Assembly (NCBI GenBank): GCA_038205805.1
Contig: JBBRBO010000003.1
Location: 33,853 to 97,852, forward strand
Source: Desulfomonilales bacterium
GTDB lineage: Bacteria; Desulfobacterota; Desulfomonilia; Desulfomonilales; Desulfomonilaceae
Direction: 5' to 3'
Length of the DNA stretch: 64,000 nt
Shown: in pieces, positions 9,309 through 18,939 of the stretch
Layout of the letters: each line of letters opens with the position of its first letter
Position numbering within the stretch: the first letter of the stretch is position 1
Made by a program: the position numbers and the translations under genes
Notes under the pieces: generated by a model
What the model was told of the DNA's origin: nothing
The model's input: the letters and a program-made list of their open reading frames with translations, nothing else
Database searches by the model: none

Positions 9309-11198
9309 TTATTCTCGCCAACGTTTACGATTGAAGCGCCACCTGAGGAGTGGCTCGAGGAGTAAGAAGAACGCACACGCCAAAATAGAACCCCAAAAAT
9401 ATCCCGGCATTCGCGAATTCCTGAACAGCGTTATGGTGACGGATTCTTGACGCGCAGGCCCCGTTCCTTGGACGCCGCTACCCCCTTCGCCACGCACCAG
9501 AAGCTTGTAGTCGCCTGCCTTGGCGACACGCATATGAGACGAAAACACGCTTGAACCTTCATTCCAAGTGCCGTCTTCATCTGCTCCGTGATAGAAGTAG
9601 AGGTCATGATTCACCTCGTTGACAACCTTGTCATCGGGTGTCACTAGGCCCACATCTACGCCGAGCCATGAATTGTTCACCGGCGCCTTGCCCACGACCC
9701 GCAGGACCTCACCATTTTTGGCTACCGTAAAAGGTACGCTTGTATAGCCCGCCTTGTACTGCTCAGCCGTCACGGTGTCGCTCAGAACCTGTTTTTCGAC
9801 ACCGGCCGCCGCGTAGATGAGAAGCAGCACGTTAAGCGCGAGAAAAATCGCCCCTATCTTCCAGAGGTTTCTGAGCCATGGCGCGGCCACATACGGCTGA
9901 CAAGGGTGAATACCCAGCGGGGTGGGGATTGCCCAATCCGGCGGCGCTGCGCTTTGCATTTGTCCATTGGTGACGTACGTGCCCCGAAAGAGTTCCACCT
10001 CGTTTCCGGTGATTTCGTAGTCCACACAATGGGGCGGATGAATAAATAACGTATATTGAGTGCTCTCTCCTGTCACCGCGCGCCAAGGGAGGGCTCCGTC
10101 CACCCATCGCAAAATCGCAATACCGGTCTCGAAGAGCTGAAATTTCTCGCCGCCGATTTGCACTCGCGTTTTGCGTCCAGCTGACTCAGGGTAGCGAAAA
10201 TGCGTATGAGTCACCTCTGAGAGGACAAAATGGCCGCTTTCCTCACTGAGGCGCTTATAACCGGCAGCGGGATTATAGAGAATGTATTCTCGCGAGGAGT
10301 ATTCCAGCCCCTCATCCTGAGCGACATAGACCATGCGGCCCATGACCCCGTAAACGACGCCGTCGAACTCGAGTTTCACACCGACACCGAAGGTGAAGAT
10401 CGGCGCGTCCCCAGTGTTGAGCCCCACGACGCGAGTTTCCGCTCCGTCAAGCTCTAGGGCGGCGCCGCAGGCTGCGCACACGACCATCTTGGTGTTATCG
10501 ACCCGCTTACCCTCCCAGGGCTTTCCGCAGTTGACGCACTGGATCAGCTCGCTCTGTTTGGCTTCAGCTTCCGAGCGAGCGAGAGACTTCGGCGCAGCGG
10601 ACTTCAGGTTGACGATACGGCCCCAGAAAGCCTTAGGCGCCCCTTGAGAGTCGTACTCGAGCCCAAAGGAGTTTGCGCCGTCCATGGAGGCGCCGTCCAC
10701 GTACGGGTAGGTGTCGCCAAGCTCCACAAGGAAGGGAATCTGACCTTCGCCGCCTATGCACTTGGCGTAACCGATTTCTTCCACGACCGCGGTCTTGTCA
10801 TCCAGGGTAATTTCCGAGCCCGCTTTAATGGAGTCAAAACTCGGGGGCAAGTTCTTGAGGGTAAGGGGTCGCTCGATGAAAAGTTCACCCTCGTCTTCCG
10901 TGAGCCACAGCAGGCTTCCATCTTCTTGTTCTATGAACCACTCGTGCCAAAAACCGGAATCGTGCTCGTAGGTAAGCCGGCCGAGTACTGCGAAAGGCTT
11001 GCCTGCCAACTTGCCGTACGCCCCTACCTTGAATCGCGGAGACTGAGGAAGATCTAGTGACTTGTTACCCGCTCGTAAGGCTGATTCCTTATCCCAGTAC
11101 AATGCGGTCTTACAGTAGTCGCACACCTTCATCAGAATGCCGGGATTAGTTACGGCATTCTCTGCGCCGCATGAGGGACAGCGAAATTCTCTTTCCAT
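9309..11198 (-). CDS. DUF4178-repeat protein with Zn-ribbons and two C-terminal TM helices
   Basis: Two CxxC...CxxC ribbons (CPSCGAEN..CDYCKT and CVNCGKPW..CAACGA) each precede a DUF4178-like beta-rich module. TM segments are LWKIGAIFLALNVLLLIYAAA and FWGSILACAFFLLLEPLL. Confidence 0.7.
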   Translation of the reverse strand: MEREFRCPSCGAENAVTNPGILMKVCDYCKTALYWDKESALRAGNKSLDLPQSPRFKVGAYGKLAGKPFAVLGRLTYEHDSGFWHEWFIEQEDGSLLWLTEDEGELFIERPLTLKNLPPSFDSIKAGSEITLDDKTAVVEEIGYAKCIGGEGQIPFLVELGDTYPYVDGASMDGANSFGLEYDSQGAPKAFWGRIVNLKSAAPKSLARSEAEAKQSELIQCVNCGKPWEGKRVDNTKMVVCAACGAALELDGAETRVVGLNTGDAPIFTFGVGVKLEFDGVVYGVMGRMVYVAQDEGLEYSSREYILYNPAAGYKRLSEESGHFVLSEVTHTHFRYPESAGRKTRVQIGGEKFQLFETGIAILRWVDGALPWRAVTGESTQYTLFIHPPHCVDYEITGNEVELFRGTYVTNGQMQSAAPPDWAIPTPLGIHPCQPYVAAPWLRNLWKIGAIFLALNVLLLIYAAAGVEKQVLSDTVTAEQYKAGYTSVPFTVAKNGEVLRVVGKAPVNNSWLGVDVGLVTPDDKVVNEVNHDLYFYHGADEDGTWNEGSSVFSSHMRVAKAGDYKLLVRGEGGSGVQGTGPARQESVTITLFRNSRMPGYFWGSILACAFFLLLEPLLRWRFNRKRWRE

Positions 11199-11265
11199 TC
11201 ATCACGCCTATGTGTCGTGCCGGCGGGGCGGGAGCAAGTTGGGATCTAGCCCTTAACCCCGAGGA

Positions 11266-12075
11266 TTATTTCTCACCAAGCTCTTCCCCACGCATCGCGG
11301 CGGCTTCCACAACGTCCATAAGGATACCCCTGAGTCCCGCTTGTTCCATCACCTGTATGCCTGCAATGGTGGTACCACCGGGAGATGTAATACGGTCCTT
11401 GAGTTCACTGAAGGAAGCGCTCTCATCGGTGGCCATACTAGCGGCGCCCAAAAAAGTCTGGACCGTCAGCTTGCGGGCCGTGACTCTATCGAGACCGAGG
11501 TTGACGGCGCCGTCGGTAAACGCCTCCATCATCACGAAGATATAACCGGGACCGCTTCCGGACAAGGCGGTCACCGCATTCATGAGCTTTTCGTCCACTT
11601 TCACTACTGGACCCACGCAGGAAAGCAGGTCCGCTGCCGCTTCCAGGTCCGTGTCCGTTGCGGCGCCCGCTTTGCACACCGCCGTAACTCCGCGCTGGAT
11701 CATGGCTGCGGCGTTTGGCATGCTGCGAATCAGCTTACATTGCGGTCCGGTCAGAGCCAGCATGGAGTCCGTGGTCACACCCGCTGCAATGGAGATTACA
11801 AGCGTATTTTCATGCAGAACGTCCTTGAGGGACCCAAGAACCGCAGGCAGTATCTGCGGCTTGACCGCTAGAATGAGAAACTCCGTCTCGTCGGTCACCA
11901 CGGATGTTGTAGATTGCGCCGACTCGACGCCGTAGCGCTCCTGAAGCGAATGAACACGAGCGCTATCCACGTCATAGACCGTGATCTCGACGTCGTTTGG
12001 GCCTGCCGATTCAGCCAAGCCCTTTATGAGCGCCGTTCCCATGTTACCTGCGCCTAGTATAGCAATTTTTCTCAA
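11266..12075 (-). CDS. proC: pyrroline-5-carboxylate reductase
   Basis: KIAILGAGNMGTALIKGL Rossmann motif and C-terminal SPGGTTIAG motif. I chose the TTG start at 12075, which is preceded by AAAGAGGAG. The longer ORF to 12243 adds a non-homologous N-terminus. Confidence 0.85.
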   Translation of the reverse strand: MRKIAILGAGNMGTALIKGLAESAGPNDVEITVYDVDSARVHSLQERYGVESAQSTTSVVTDETEFLILAVKPQILPAVLGSLKDVLHENTLVISIAAGVTTDSMLALTGPQCKLIRSMPNAAAMIQRGVTAVCKAGAATDTDLEAAADLLSCVGPVVKVDEKLMNAVTALSGSGPGYIFVMMEAFTDGAVNLGLDRVTARKLTVQTFLGAASMATDESASFSELKDRITSPGGTTIAGIQVMEQAGLRGILMDVVEAAAMRGEELGEK

Positions 12076-12312
12076 AGGCCGCTCCTCTTTAATGGAATGT
12101 ATATAGGAGTAAACGAATGTGGTGTCGGTGTCATGTACACGTGTCCGTGCATGACGAATTGCCGCATCCGGCAGTGCGGTCGTTTTGACCCGCCGATATG
12201 TCGGCTCATGGGGCGAATAGGCCCGCGAGCGTACGGCGCTCATGGCTGAGCAGATCAGCGCCTTTGGGAGTTACGGGTCAGTTTGGCCCATCACGGATGG
12301 TGTCTCCCAAAG

Positions 12313-12336
12313 ACCCACGCACCCACGCACCCACGC
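12313..12336. repeat. 8-bp tandem repeat (ACCCACGC x3) in a gene-free region
   Basis: Direct reading: acccacgc acccacgc acccacgc. Confidence 0.9.
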
Positions 12337-12776
12337 CCAGGGATAGGCTGTCGCACGTGACATTCGACGCTCCCAATGCGGGCGTCCACACTACACCTGC
12401 GTGTTTCAGGCCTACGCACGGTAGTCGTGAAGTGGGCCTGAATATCCCTTCGGCTCGAAATCTCGTCCTAGTGGTGGACGTATCTCTATATACCATGCGT
12501 GTCTGCGTGAAGACAACGCTATTCCTCAATGGAGACGCCGGACAGGCGTTCCTCTCCACGGGTGCAAGCGCCGTCGGAAGCTCGTATTAGGAATCACGAT
12601 AACGCTCATAGACAATTGCGATTCTTGCGGGTAGAATCGCCCTTTAACGACGGAATCGCTTGGCTCATTTCAGTCCGCGACCATGCGCTTTGGGAAGTTT
12701 ACTCCGACGCCTAGCTCAACGAGCTGCTCGTAGAGGCCGCATGTTTATGCAAACACAACTCTCACCAGGAGCTTTT

Positions 12777-13391
12777 ATGTCCGAAATACGCACACTGGAT
12801 TGTCGTGGGTTACTCTGCCCACAACCTGTCCTGGAAACCAAACGAAGCCTTGAAGCGCATGGAGTTCCACCCTTACGAGTGCTTGTGGATAATCCCACGT
12901 CCAAAGAGAACGTGGCTCGGTTTGCGGCCAATCAGGGTATGGACTGTGAAGTAGAAGAGAGCGCCGCCGGATACGCGATCCTTATACACTCCCGAGATGT
13001 TGTGATGTCCTCCGGGGGCCACACACCTGCACAGACTCTCCGGGCGCAAACCGGTGGTCTAGCGCTTTACCTTTCACATGATCGGCTGGGGAACGGCGAC
13101 CCCGAATTGGGCGCTCAGCTCGTGCGCGGCTTTCTCCGTACCTGGCTCGATATGGATGAACTGCCCTGGCGCATTATCTGTATCAATGCCGGCGTGAAGC
13201 TCACCACCACGGATTCGGAAGCCGCTGAAGCCTTGAGTCTGCTGGAAAGCAAGGGGGTGGAAGTGCTCTCCTGCGGCACGTGTCTGGAGAGATTCGGCAT
13301 CGCGGATAAGCTTCAGGTGGGCCGTGTGTCCAATATGTATGAAATCATCGACACCATGCGACAGGCGGTAAAGGTAATTTCACCATCATGA
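12777..13391 (+). CDS. yedF: YedF-type protein (TusA/SirA-like N-domain plus DsrE-like C-domain)
   Basis: LDCRGLLCPQPVLETKRSL is a TusA-type CPxP motif. A C-terminal CGTC motif is present. The start at 12777 has an AGGAG RBS. Confidence 0.75.
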   Translation: MSEIRTLDCRGLLCPQPVLETKRSLEAHGVPPLRVLVDNPTSKENVARFAANQGMDCEVEESAAGYAILIHSRDVVMSSGGHTPAQTLRAQTGGLALYLSHDRLGNGDPELGAQLVRGFLRTWLDMDELPWRIICINAGVKLTTTDSEAAEALSLLESKGVEVLSCGTCLERFGIADKLQVGRVSNMYEIIDTMRQAVKVISPS

Positions 13392-13807
13392 GGGATTCCC
13401 AAGACTGTGGTCAAGATCGCCGCCTATTGGCTATTGGTCGAGGTGGGGTGCATAGAAACGGACGTTTCTCGTCCGGCCGCTTGAGCGCGTAACTAGGTTC
13501 GAGTAGCGCTACGACCTTCCGACAGTCGTACGTGTGGTAACCGCTCAGCCGTCAATTATTTTAGGGGCACGAAAGCGCCATCATCTTTATTGCTGCAGAA
13601 GTATGGAACGTAAGCCATAATGTCACCGCGCCACACCCAAAATTGTCAGAGCCGTCAAGTATCTTGGCGCCCGTGGCTGACTTGCTCAGACGCCTATCTG
13701 TTGACTTCCCCATCTCAAGTGACGCTTTTGGACACTTCGATGTCGCATGGAAGGTTTAGGCTCAGGGGGGACCCGGTGTTAGCGCCCCTTGAGTGAATAA
13801 GATTCCC

Positions 13808-13823
13808 TGGAATGGATATTGCT
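13808..13823 (+). promoter_or_regulatory. candidate sigma54 (-24/-12) promoter for the pilin gene
   Basis: TGGAATGGATATTGCT has GG and GC elements at the exact TGGCAC-N5-TTGC spacing. It lies ~90 nt upstream of the pilin start. Confidence 0.5.
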
Positions 13824-13914
13824 ACTCCTACAATGAAAAACAAATGCGCCGACACCGTTTACGACCGTCCTCTGCACGGCCGAGTACATTCTTCCCAAGA
13901 AAAAGGAGACTATC

Positions 13915-14472
13915 GTGTTATCCAAGTTCAAGAACGTGAAAGGCTTTACGCTCATCGAACTCATGGTCGTCGTGGCCATTATCGGAATCATCTTGGCAAT
14001 CGCCATCCCCTATTATGTGGCGTATAAGAGAACAGCATGTGACCGCTCCGCAACAGGCGACATTTCGAGATTGGGCGCCTCTCTGGAAAGACTCGGTAAC
14101 GAACTCGTAGACCTCAACTGCTCCTCGTTGGAAGTGGCTGCTACCAGCGTTGACCTTGCTTGGCTGGTAGGCCCCTATTATGGATGGGGTGGGTCCACGC
14201 GCAAATGTACCGTGCTTATTCTCGGCGACGCCGCGAACCGAATTGCAAGCGCTTGCGCCATTAAAGGCAGCCAACCTGTCGCCGGTAGCCGTTATATTTA
14301 CCGCCAGACCCTCGGCGGTGGAACCGACCTTCCCGCCATCACAGGAACCTGCACGGGCACCGAGTACGGCGGTCGTGGTCAAACCTGCTACACCGCGAGT
14401 ATGGTCAGCACGGCGAACTGTGCTCTTGCCGCTCCGGGCGGTGCGGATTGCGCCACATTGTCCAACTTCTAA
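13915..14472 (+). CDS. type IV pilin (prepilin with N-terminal methylation motif)
   Basis: The leader MLSKFKNVKG is followed by FTLIELMVVVAIIGIILAIAIPYY. GTG start with an AAGGAG RBS. The C-terminal domain is rich in Cys, Ser and Thr. Confidence 0.9.
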   Translation: MLSKFKNVKGFTLIELMVVVAIIGIILAIAIPYYVAYKRTACDRSATGDISRLGASLERLGNELVDLNCSSLEVAATSVDLAWLVGPYYGWGGSTRKCTVLILGDAANRIASACAIKGSQPVAGSRYIYRQTLGGGTDLPAITGTCTGTEYGGRGQTCYTASMVSTANCALAAPGGADCATLSNF

Positions 14473-14492
14473 GCGTTCGCCTTACACCATGA

Positions 14493-14528
14493 ATACCCGG
14501 TCTGTCTCCGCAGTCCGGGTATTTTTAT
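14493..14528 (+). terminator. rho-independent terminator after the pilin gene
   Basis: Stem ATACCCGG / CCGGGTAT followed by TTTTATT. Confidence 0.7.
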
Positions 14529-14725
14529 TCGCACGGCATTCAAACCCATGAACGTGCGCGGTTTCTCGGTATCTGAGAAAGCTTAGGTCTTACATGTGCG
14601 AGCCGACTAGATACAGATACTAGCGCCAAACAATCTACGCCCGACTGTACTCTACCTAGGTGCGGCTACCGGCCGTGTCCATTACGCCCTGGAGAGCCGA
14701 GTAGTGACTGCTATAGAATCGTGAA

Positions 14726-16762
14726 ATGAGTTCCCCCATCGAAAATGCGACCACCACAACCGAAAATCCCGCACTTAAGCGACGCTATACACATCTTTTC
14801 GCGTGCGTGGTCTTGGTCTTAGCGACTGCCGCCGTATTTTCTCCCGTGGTGAATCAAGGCTTTTCCGGATGGGATGACATACGGCTCGTCGAGGCAGTGT
14901 GGAAACCAGGCTGGGAACGCGCCTGGGCGTTGGTCACAGATATACGGTTGAGCCACAAAGCTGAGTTCTATTATAACCCTCTAAGCTTTCTTTCACTGAT
15001 GGCCGATCAAGGTATCGGAGCCCATGGAGAACGGCCAAATCCTGTGGCTTCCAAGGTATTTAATCTTTTTTTTCATCTCGTCAACTGCCTACTCGTCTAT
15101 TATCTGCTTGTTATCGTCACAAAGAATCCGGCGGCCTCGTTTCTCGGTAGCTTAATGTTTGCCATGCACCCTTTGCAAACAGCCACAGTAGCCTGGATTG
15201 CGGAACGAAAGAACCTGCTGGCGACGATGTTCTATGTGTCGGGGCTCATCGTATTTATACAGACTCTGCGAAACACGCAGTATTGGCGACTCATTATCAT
15301 AGTCCTTCTATTTCTCTGTAGTTTGTTGTCCAAGCCGAGCGCTGTGGTGTTTCCCATTGTCTTAGCTGCTGCGGCGATTACGATCGACAGGCGTTTGTTG
15401 GCGAAACCGCCCATTTGGGGCTGCATTGTGGTGTGCCTCGTGATTTCCGTGGCGTGGGGCTTGTATGTCATGTCGACAGAGATAGTCCTGCCGGGTATGC
15501 TGCCTTCACCTATGTACCGGCCGCTCATCGCATCCGGAGCAATATGGTTTTATCTTTCCAAACTTGTTTTTCCCTTTGACTTGGCGCCTATATACCCGAA
15601 ATGGAAGATCTGGCCTAATCTGTATCTCTTCATTGCGCTTCTGGTCGCCTCGACCAGTCTGCTAGCGGCTACTGTGTATTTCAGCCGACGTATCAATCGC
15701 TGGGCGCTCTTCGGCGGTTTCTTTTTTCTACTGAATCTCAGTCTCGTAACCGGCCTCTTTCCTTTCGGGTATATAAATCACTCATATGTTGCGGATCATT
15801 TTATCTATTTACCGATGGTGGGAATCAGCATAATCATAGCCGTCGGAACGCGGGCTTTTCTTACACGATATGGCGAAAACTCACGGTATGGGCGAATTTT
15901 CTTAGCCGGCATGGCCCTGTGGGTTACGTTCTTAGGAGCGCTTACTTTTCGGCAGACACACCTGTGGTCCAATCCTTCGACCGTATGGCAAACCGCCCTA
16001 GAAAAGAACCCTACGTCCGTTGCGGCCTTCAACAACTTGGGCGTCCTGAAGCTGGACAAGGGCGACCTGGACACCGCCGAATCTATGTTTCTCAAAGCCG
16101 CCGAGTTGGCGCCGTTTCTCGATTCCCCGCAACTGAACTTGGGAAACGTTTACCTGCAAAGGAAAGACTACAAACGTGCAGAAACGGCGTTCAAGCGAGC
16201 CGTCAAACTCGAAACAACAGCGTCCTCCGCATATGTAATGCTCGGGAGAATTCTCAGACAGCAGGGTAAGAATCAGGAGACCTTTAAGCTTTTCGAGGAT
16301 GTTCTTCAACGCAACCCGAACTTCGCACAGGTTCACAATGAGCTGGGACTTTCGTATTATAATGACGGTAAAGAAGAGGAAGCGGTGAAAGAGTTTCGCA
16401 AGGCTATCGAGCTGGCTCCCTTTCTACCGGATCCATATTACCAGTATGGGGCCATATTGCTGAGCCGAGGCCACGTGGATGAAGCTATCGCCCTGTTGGA
16501 GAAAAGCCTGAAGTTTTCCACACGCACCGAGACGCTGAACGTGCTGGGCGCCGCGTACGCTCACAAGGGGCGATTTGACGCAGCCCTTTTGGCATTTCAG
16601 CGGGCGTTCACGTTGCAGCCTGACTTCCCCGGCCTCAGGGACAATATAGCCAATGCGCTCATGGACAATAACCGATACACTGAAGCGGAACAGTTCTGCG
16701 CCGGGGCAGCGATACAGGGTAAGCCATGTAAGGAAGACACCGTGAGTCGGTTTAAGCGCTGA
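14726..16762 (+). CDS. GT-C fold membrane glycosyltransferase (PMT_2/TMTC-like, DUF1736-type) with C-terminal TPR repeats
   Basis: The first-loop acidic motif is FSGWDD and a WIAERKNLL motif is present. There are more than 10 hydrophobic helices. The C-terminal ~230 aa are canonical TPRs (AFNNLGVLKLDKGDLDTAESMFLKAAEL...). Confidence 0.75.
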   Translation: MSSPIENATTTTENPALKRRYTHLFACVVLVLATAAVFSPVVNQGFSGWDDIRLVEAVWKPGWERAWALVTDIRLSHKAEFYYNPLSFLSLMADQGIGAHGERPNPVASKVFNLFFHLVNCLLVYYLLVIVTKNPAASFLGSLMFAMHPLQTATVAWIAERKNLLATMFYVSGLIVFIQTLRNTQYWRLIIIVLLFLCSLLSKPSAVVFPIVLAAAAITIDRRLLAKPPIWGCIVVCLVISVAWGLYVMSTEIVLPGMLPSPMYRPLIASGAIWFYLSKLVFPFDLAPIYPKWKIWPNLYLFIALLVASTSLLAATVYFSRRINRWALFGGFFFLLNLSLVTGLFPFGYINHSYVADHFIYLPMVGISIIIAVGTRAFLTRYGENSRYGRIFLAGMALWVTFLGALTFRQTHLWSNPSTVWQTALEKNPTSVAAFNNLGVLKLDKGDLDTAESMFLKAAELAPFLDSPQLNLGNVYLQRKDYKRAETAFKRAVKLETTASSAYVMLGRILRQQGKNQETFKLFEDVLQRNPNFAQVHNELGLSYYNDGKEEEAVKEFRKAIELAPFLPDPYYQYGAILLSRGHVDEAIALLEKSLKFSTRTETLNVLGAAYAHKGRFDAALLAFQRAFTLQPDFPGLRDNIANALMDNNRYTEAEQFCAGAAIQGKPCKEDTVSRFKR

Positions 16763-16981
16763 AACGTGTCCCTCAGGATGGACTACCTGAACGTACTTTA
16801 GTCAGCCCGCTTTCCTATCGAATTAGAAACATTTACATGTAAAATATCCACCAAAAAACCCGTGTGTAACAACCGCTCTACGTTAAAAATGCACGCCGGT
16901 AGTGGACACGAGATATTCTCCCGTCGTAAAGTCTAGTGTACGTGAACCTCATCCACATTTCCACACGAACGAGATACATGA

Positions 16982-18763
16982 ATGACTGATACCGCCCGCA
17001 TGTCTACCCGCTCGATCATCGTATACTGCTTCATCGGCCTGTTTGCGGTGGTGTTCTTCGTGTTTCTCCCCAGCGTAGCAAACGATTTTGTGGATTGGGA
17101 CGACTACGCGTTTGTCCTTGATAACCCAAATATCAAGTCAATTACCCCAACTACGCTGTGGTGGATGCTGACCACCTCGTATGCGGGGGTGTGGCACCCG
17201 CTCACGTGGTTTTCTCACGCGCTGGACGTCTCGTTATGGGGCATGAACCCGTCTCCCCAGCGGCTGGAGAGCATACTTCTGCACTGCTTCAACATTGTGC
17301 TGTTCGCGTGGATAGCCTTGGGCCTGTTCGCTCTTTGGGAACGCAATAATCCCCAAGGACACTTCTTTACCCTGTCGGCGCGGCTTGTGGCGGCTTTCGG
17401 AGTGGCCCTTCTCTTCGGTGTGCATCCGCTTCGCGTGGAATCCGTCGTCTGGATCGCCGAACGCAAGGACGTGCTGTGCGCCTTTTTTTTCTTGCTGAGT
17501 GTGAGTTTCTACATAAGATATTTTCAGGCGCCCGCAAAGAGTAGTTGGTACGCGGCTCTTGTTTGCCATGCCTTGGCGCTGCTCGCTAAACCTATGGCCG
17601 TCACACTGCCCCTTGTACTCCTCTTGATTGACTACTTTCCGGGTCGCGTGTTGACGCGCTCGACCTGGACCCGCCAGGTGATGAGCAAACTGCCGTTCTT
17701 TGTCCTCAGCGCCGCCGCAATCGCCATGAACATGTACGCCACCAGTGGGCGTACAGTGCCTCTCGATTACGTGCCCCCGATTATACGTATTATGAACGCC
17801 TCGTATGCGGTGTGGTTTTACATCCGGCAATCGCTTTGGCCGGGTGATTTATTGCCGCTGTATCAGATGGATCGGGGGCTCGACTACTTCTCTCTTCCAT
17901 ACGTATTGTCGCTGGCCGCAATCGTAGCGGTTACCGGAGCCGCCATTTGGCGCACCACACGGCGGGACCCGATATGGCTGGCGGCTTGGCTATACTTTCT
18001 GGTCACGCTGACGCCCGCGCTGGGGTTTTTTATGTCGTATAGGCATTCAATGGCGGATCGGTACACGTATTTGCCTACCATGGGACTGTGGCTCTTGCTC
18101 ACGGCAGGTATCGCCGCATCGCTGACGCGCCTGTCTCACGGAAAATGGAACCGTGCGGCGGCGCCGGTCGCGATAGCGCTCATTGCCGCGTTCGCATTCG
18201 TGTATGCGCAGCATACGCGCTCTCAAATCGGGGTCTGGAAGAATAGCGAAACCTTGTGGTCGTACATCCTCAACCGAGCGGAATATGTGCCGGACATCGC
18301 CTATTTCGGCATGGCCCAGGTTCTCGAACAGAGAGGGGAACGGGCGGAGGCGTTACGCTACTACAAGGTGGCGGCGCAATTGACGCCCAAGGACGTCAAG
18401 TACCAAACGAAATACGCCGTTACTTTGGCCAATGCGGGGGAGAAAGAAGCAGCCATAGACATCCTGCGCATACTCGAACAAATGGACCAGCGGGACCCCG
18501 CTGTGCAAATCGGTGAAGGCCGGATTATGTTTGCATTAAGCGACTGGGACGCTGCCGTTGCACACTTTTCGCACGCATTGGACACTGATCCGCTCAATAG
18601 TCCGGCAGCGGCCTTTCTCGTAGCTACATATTTGAAAAAGGGAGACATCGCTTCGGCCAAGCGTATCTATGTATCAACCAAAGCCAAGGGTGTGAGCTTC
18701 CCTTTCAACCTGGATTCGGCGCTTTCAGACGCCGGGTCCGCCGCTTCATCCCTAGAGCGTTGA
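16982..18763 (+). CDS. second GT-C (TMTC/PMT_2-like) membrane glycosyltransferase with TPR tail, paralog of 14726-16762
   Basis: Motifs FVDWDDYAFVLDNP and VVWIAERKDVL are shared with the upstream paralog. The protein is polytopic with a C-terminal TPR region. Confidence 0.75.
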   Translation: MTDTARMSTRSIIVYCFIGLFAVVFFVFLPSVANDFVDWDDYAFVLDNPNIKSITPTTLWWMLTTSYAGVWHPLTWFSHALDVSLWGMNPSPQRLESILLHCFNIVLFAWIALGLFALWERNNPQGHFFTLSARLVAAFGVALLFGVHPLRVESVVWIAERKDVLCAFFFLLSVSFYIRYFQAPAKSSWYAALVCHALALLAKPMAVTLPLVLLLIDYFPGRVLTRSTWTRQVMSKLPFFVLSAAAIAMNMYATSGRTVPLDYVPPIIRIMNASYAVWFYIRQSLWPGDLLPLYQMDRGLDYFSLPYVLSLAAIVAVTGAAIWRTTRRDPIWLAAWLYFLVTLTPALGFFMSYRHSMADRYTYLPTMGLWLLLTAGIAASLTRLSHGKWNRAAAPVAIALIAAFAFVYAQHTRSQIGVWKNSETLWSYILNRAEYVPDIAYFGMAQVLEQRGERAEALRYYKVAAQLTPKDVKYQTKYAVTLANAGEKEAAIDILRILEQMDQRDPAVQIGEGRIMFALSDWDAAVAHFSHALDTDPLNSPAAAFLVATYLKKGDIASAKRIYVSTKAKGVSFPFNLDSALSDAGSAASSLER

Positions 18764-18939
18764 TGGGAATGAGGTGAAGCCAAATGCGATGGTTCTAGGG
18801 GAGCCATTGGATTGTGCGGTATTACGATGAGGGCGGACGGCGAGGAATTGACACTCTTTCTAATCTGATCTTGAAATTCCAAGAAAGGGCCTATCGACTG
18901 AATTGTGAAGCAATACGCATAACCGGTAGTTAGCTTCGC

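Noticed and set aside
12313-12336. Possible CRISPR or other repeat array
   Set aside because: It is only three contiguous 8-bp units with no spacers. I saw no CRISPR-like repeat-spacer periodicity anywhere in the window.
12198-12590. 130-aa and 93-aa ORFs in the proC/yedF intergenic region
   Set aside because: The two ORFs overlap each other on opposite strands. Both have a Pro/Arg/Ser-rich composition, with no RBS and no motifs. The region is better treated as non-coding until there is expression data.
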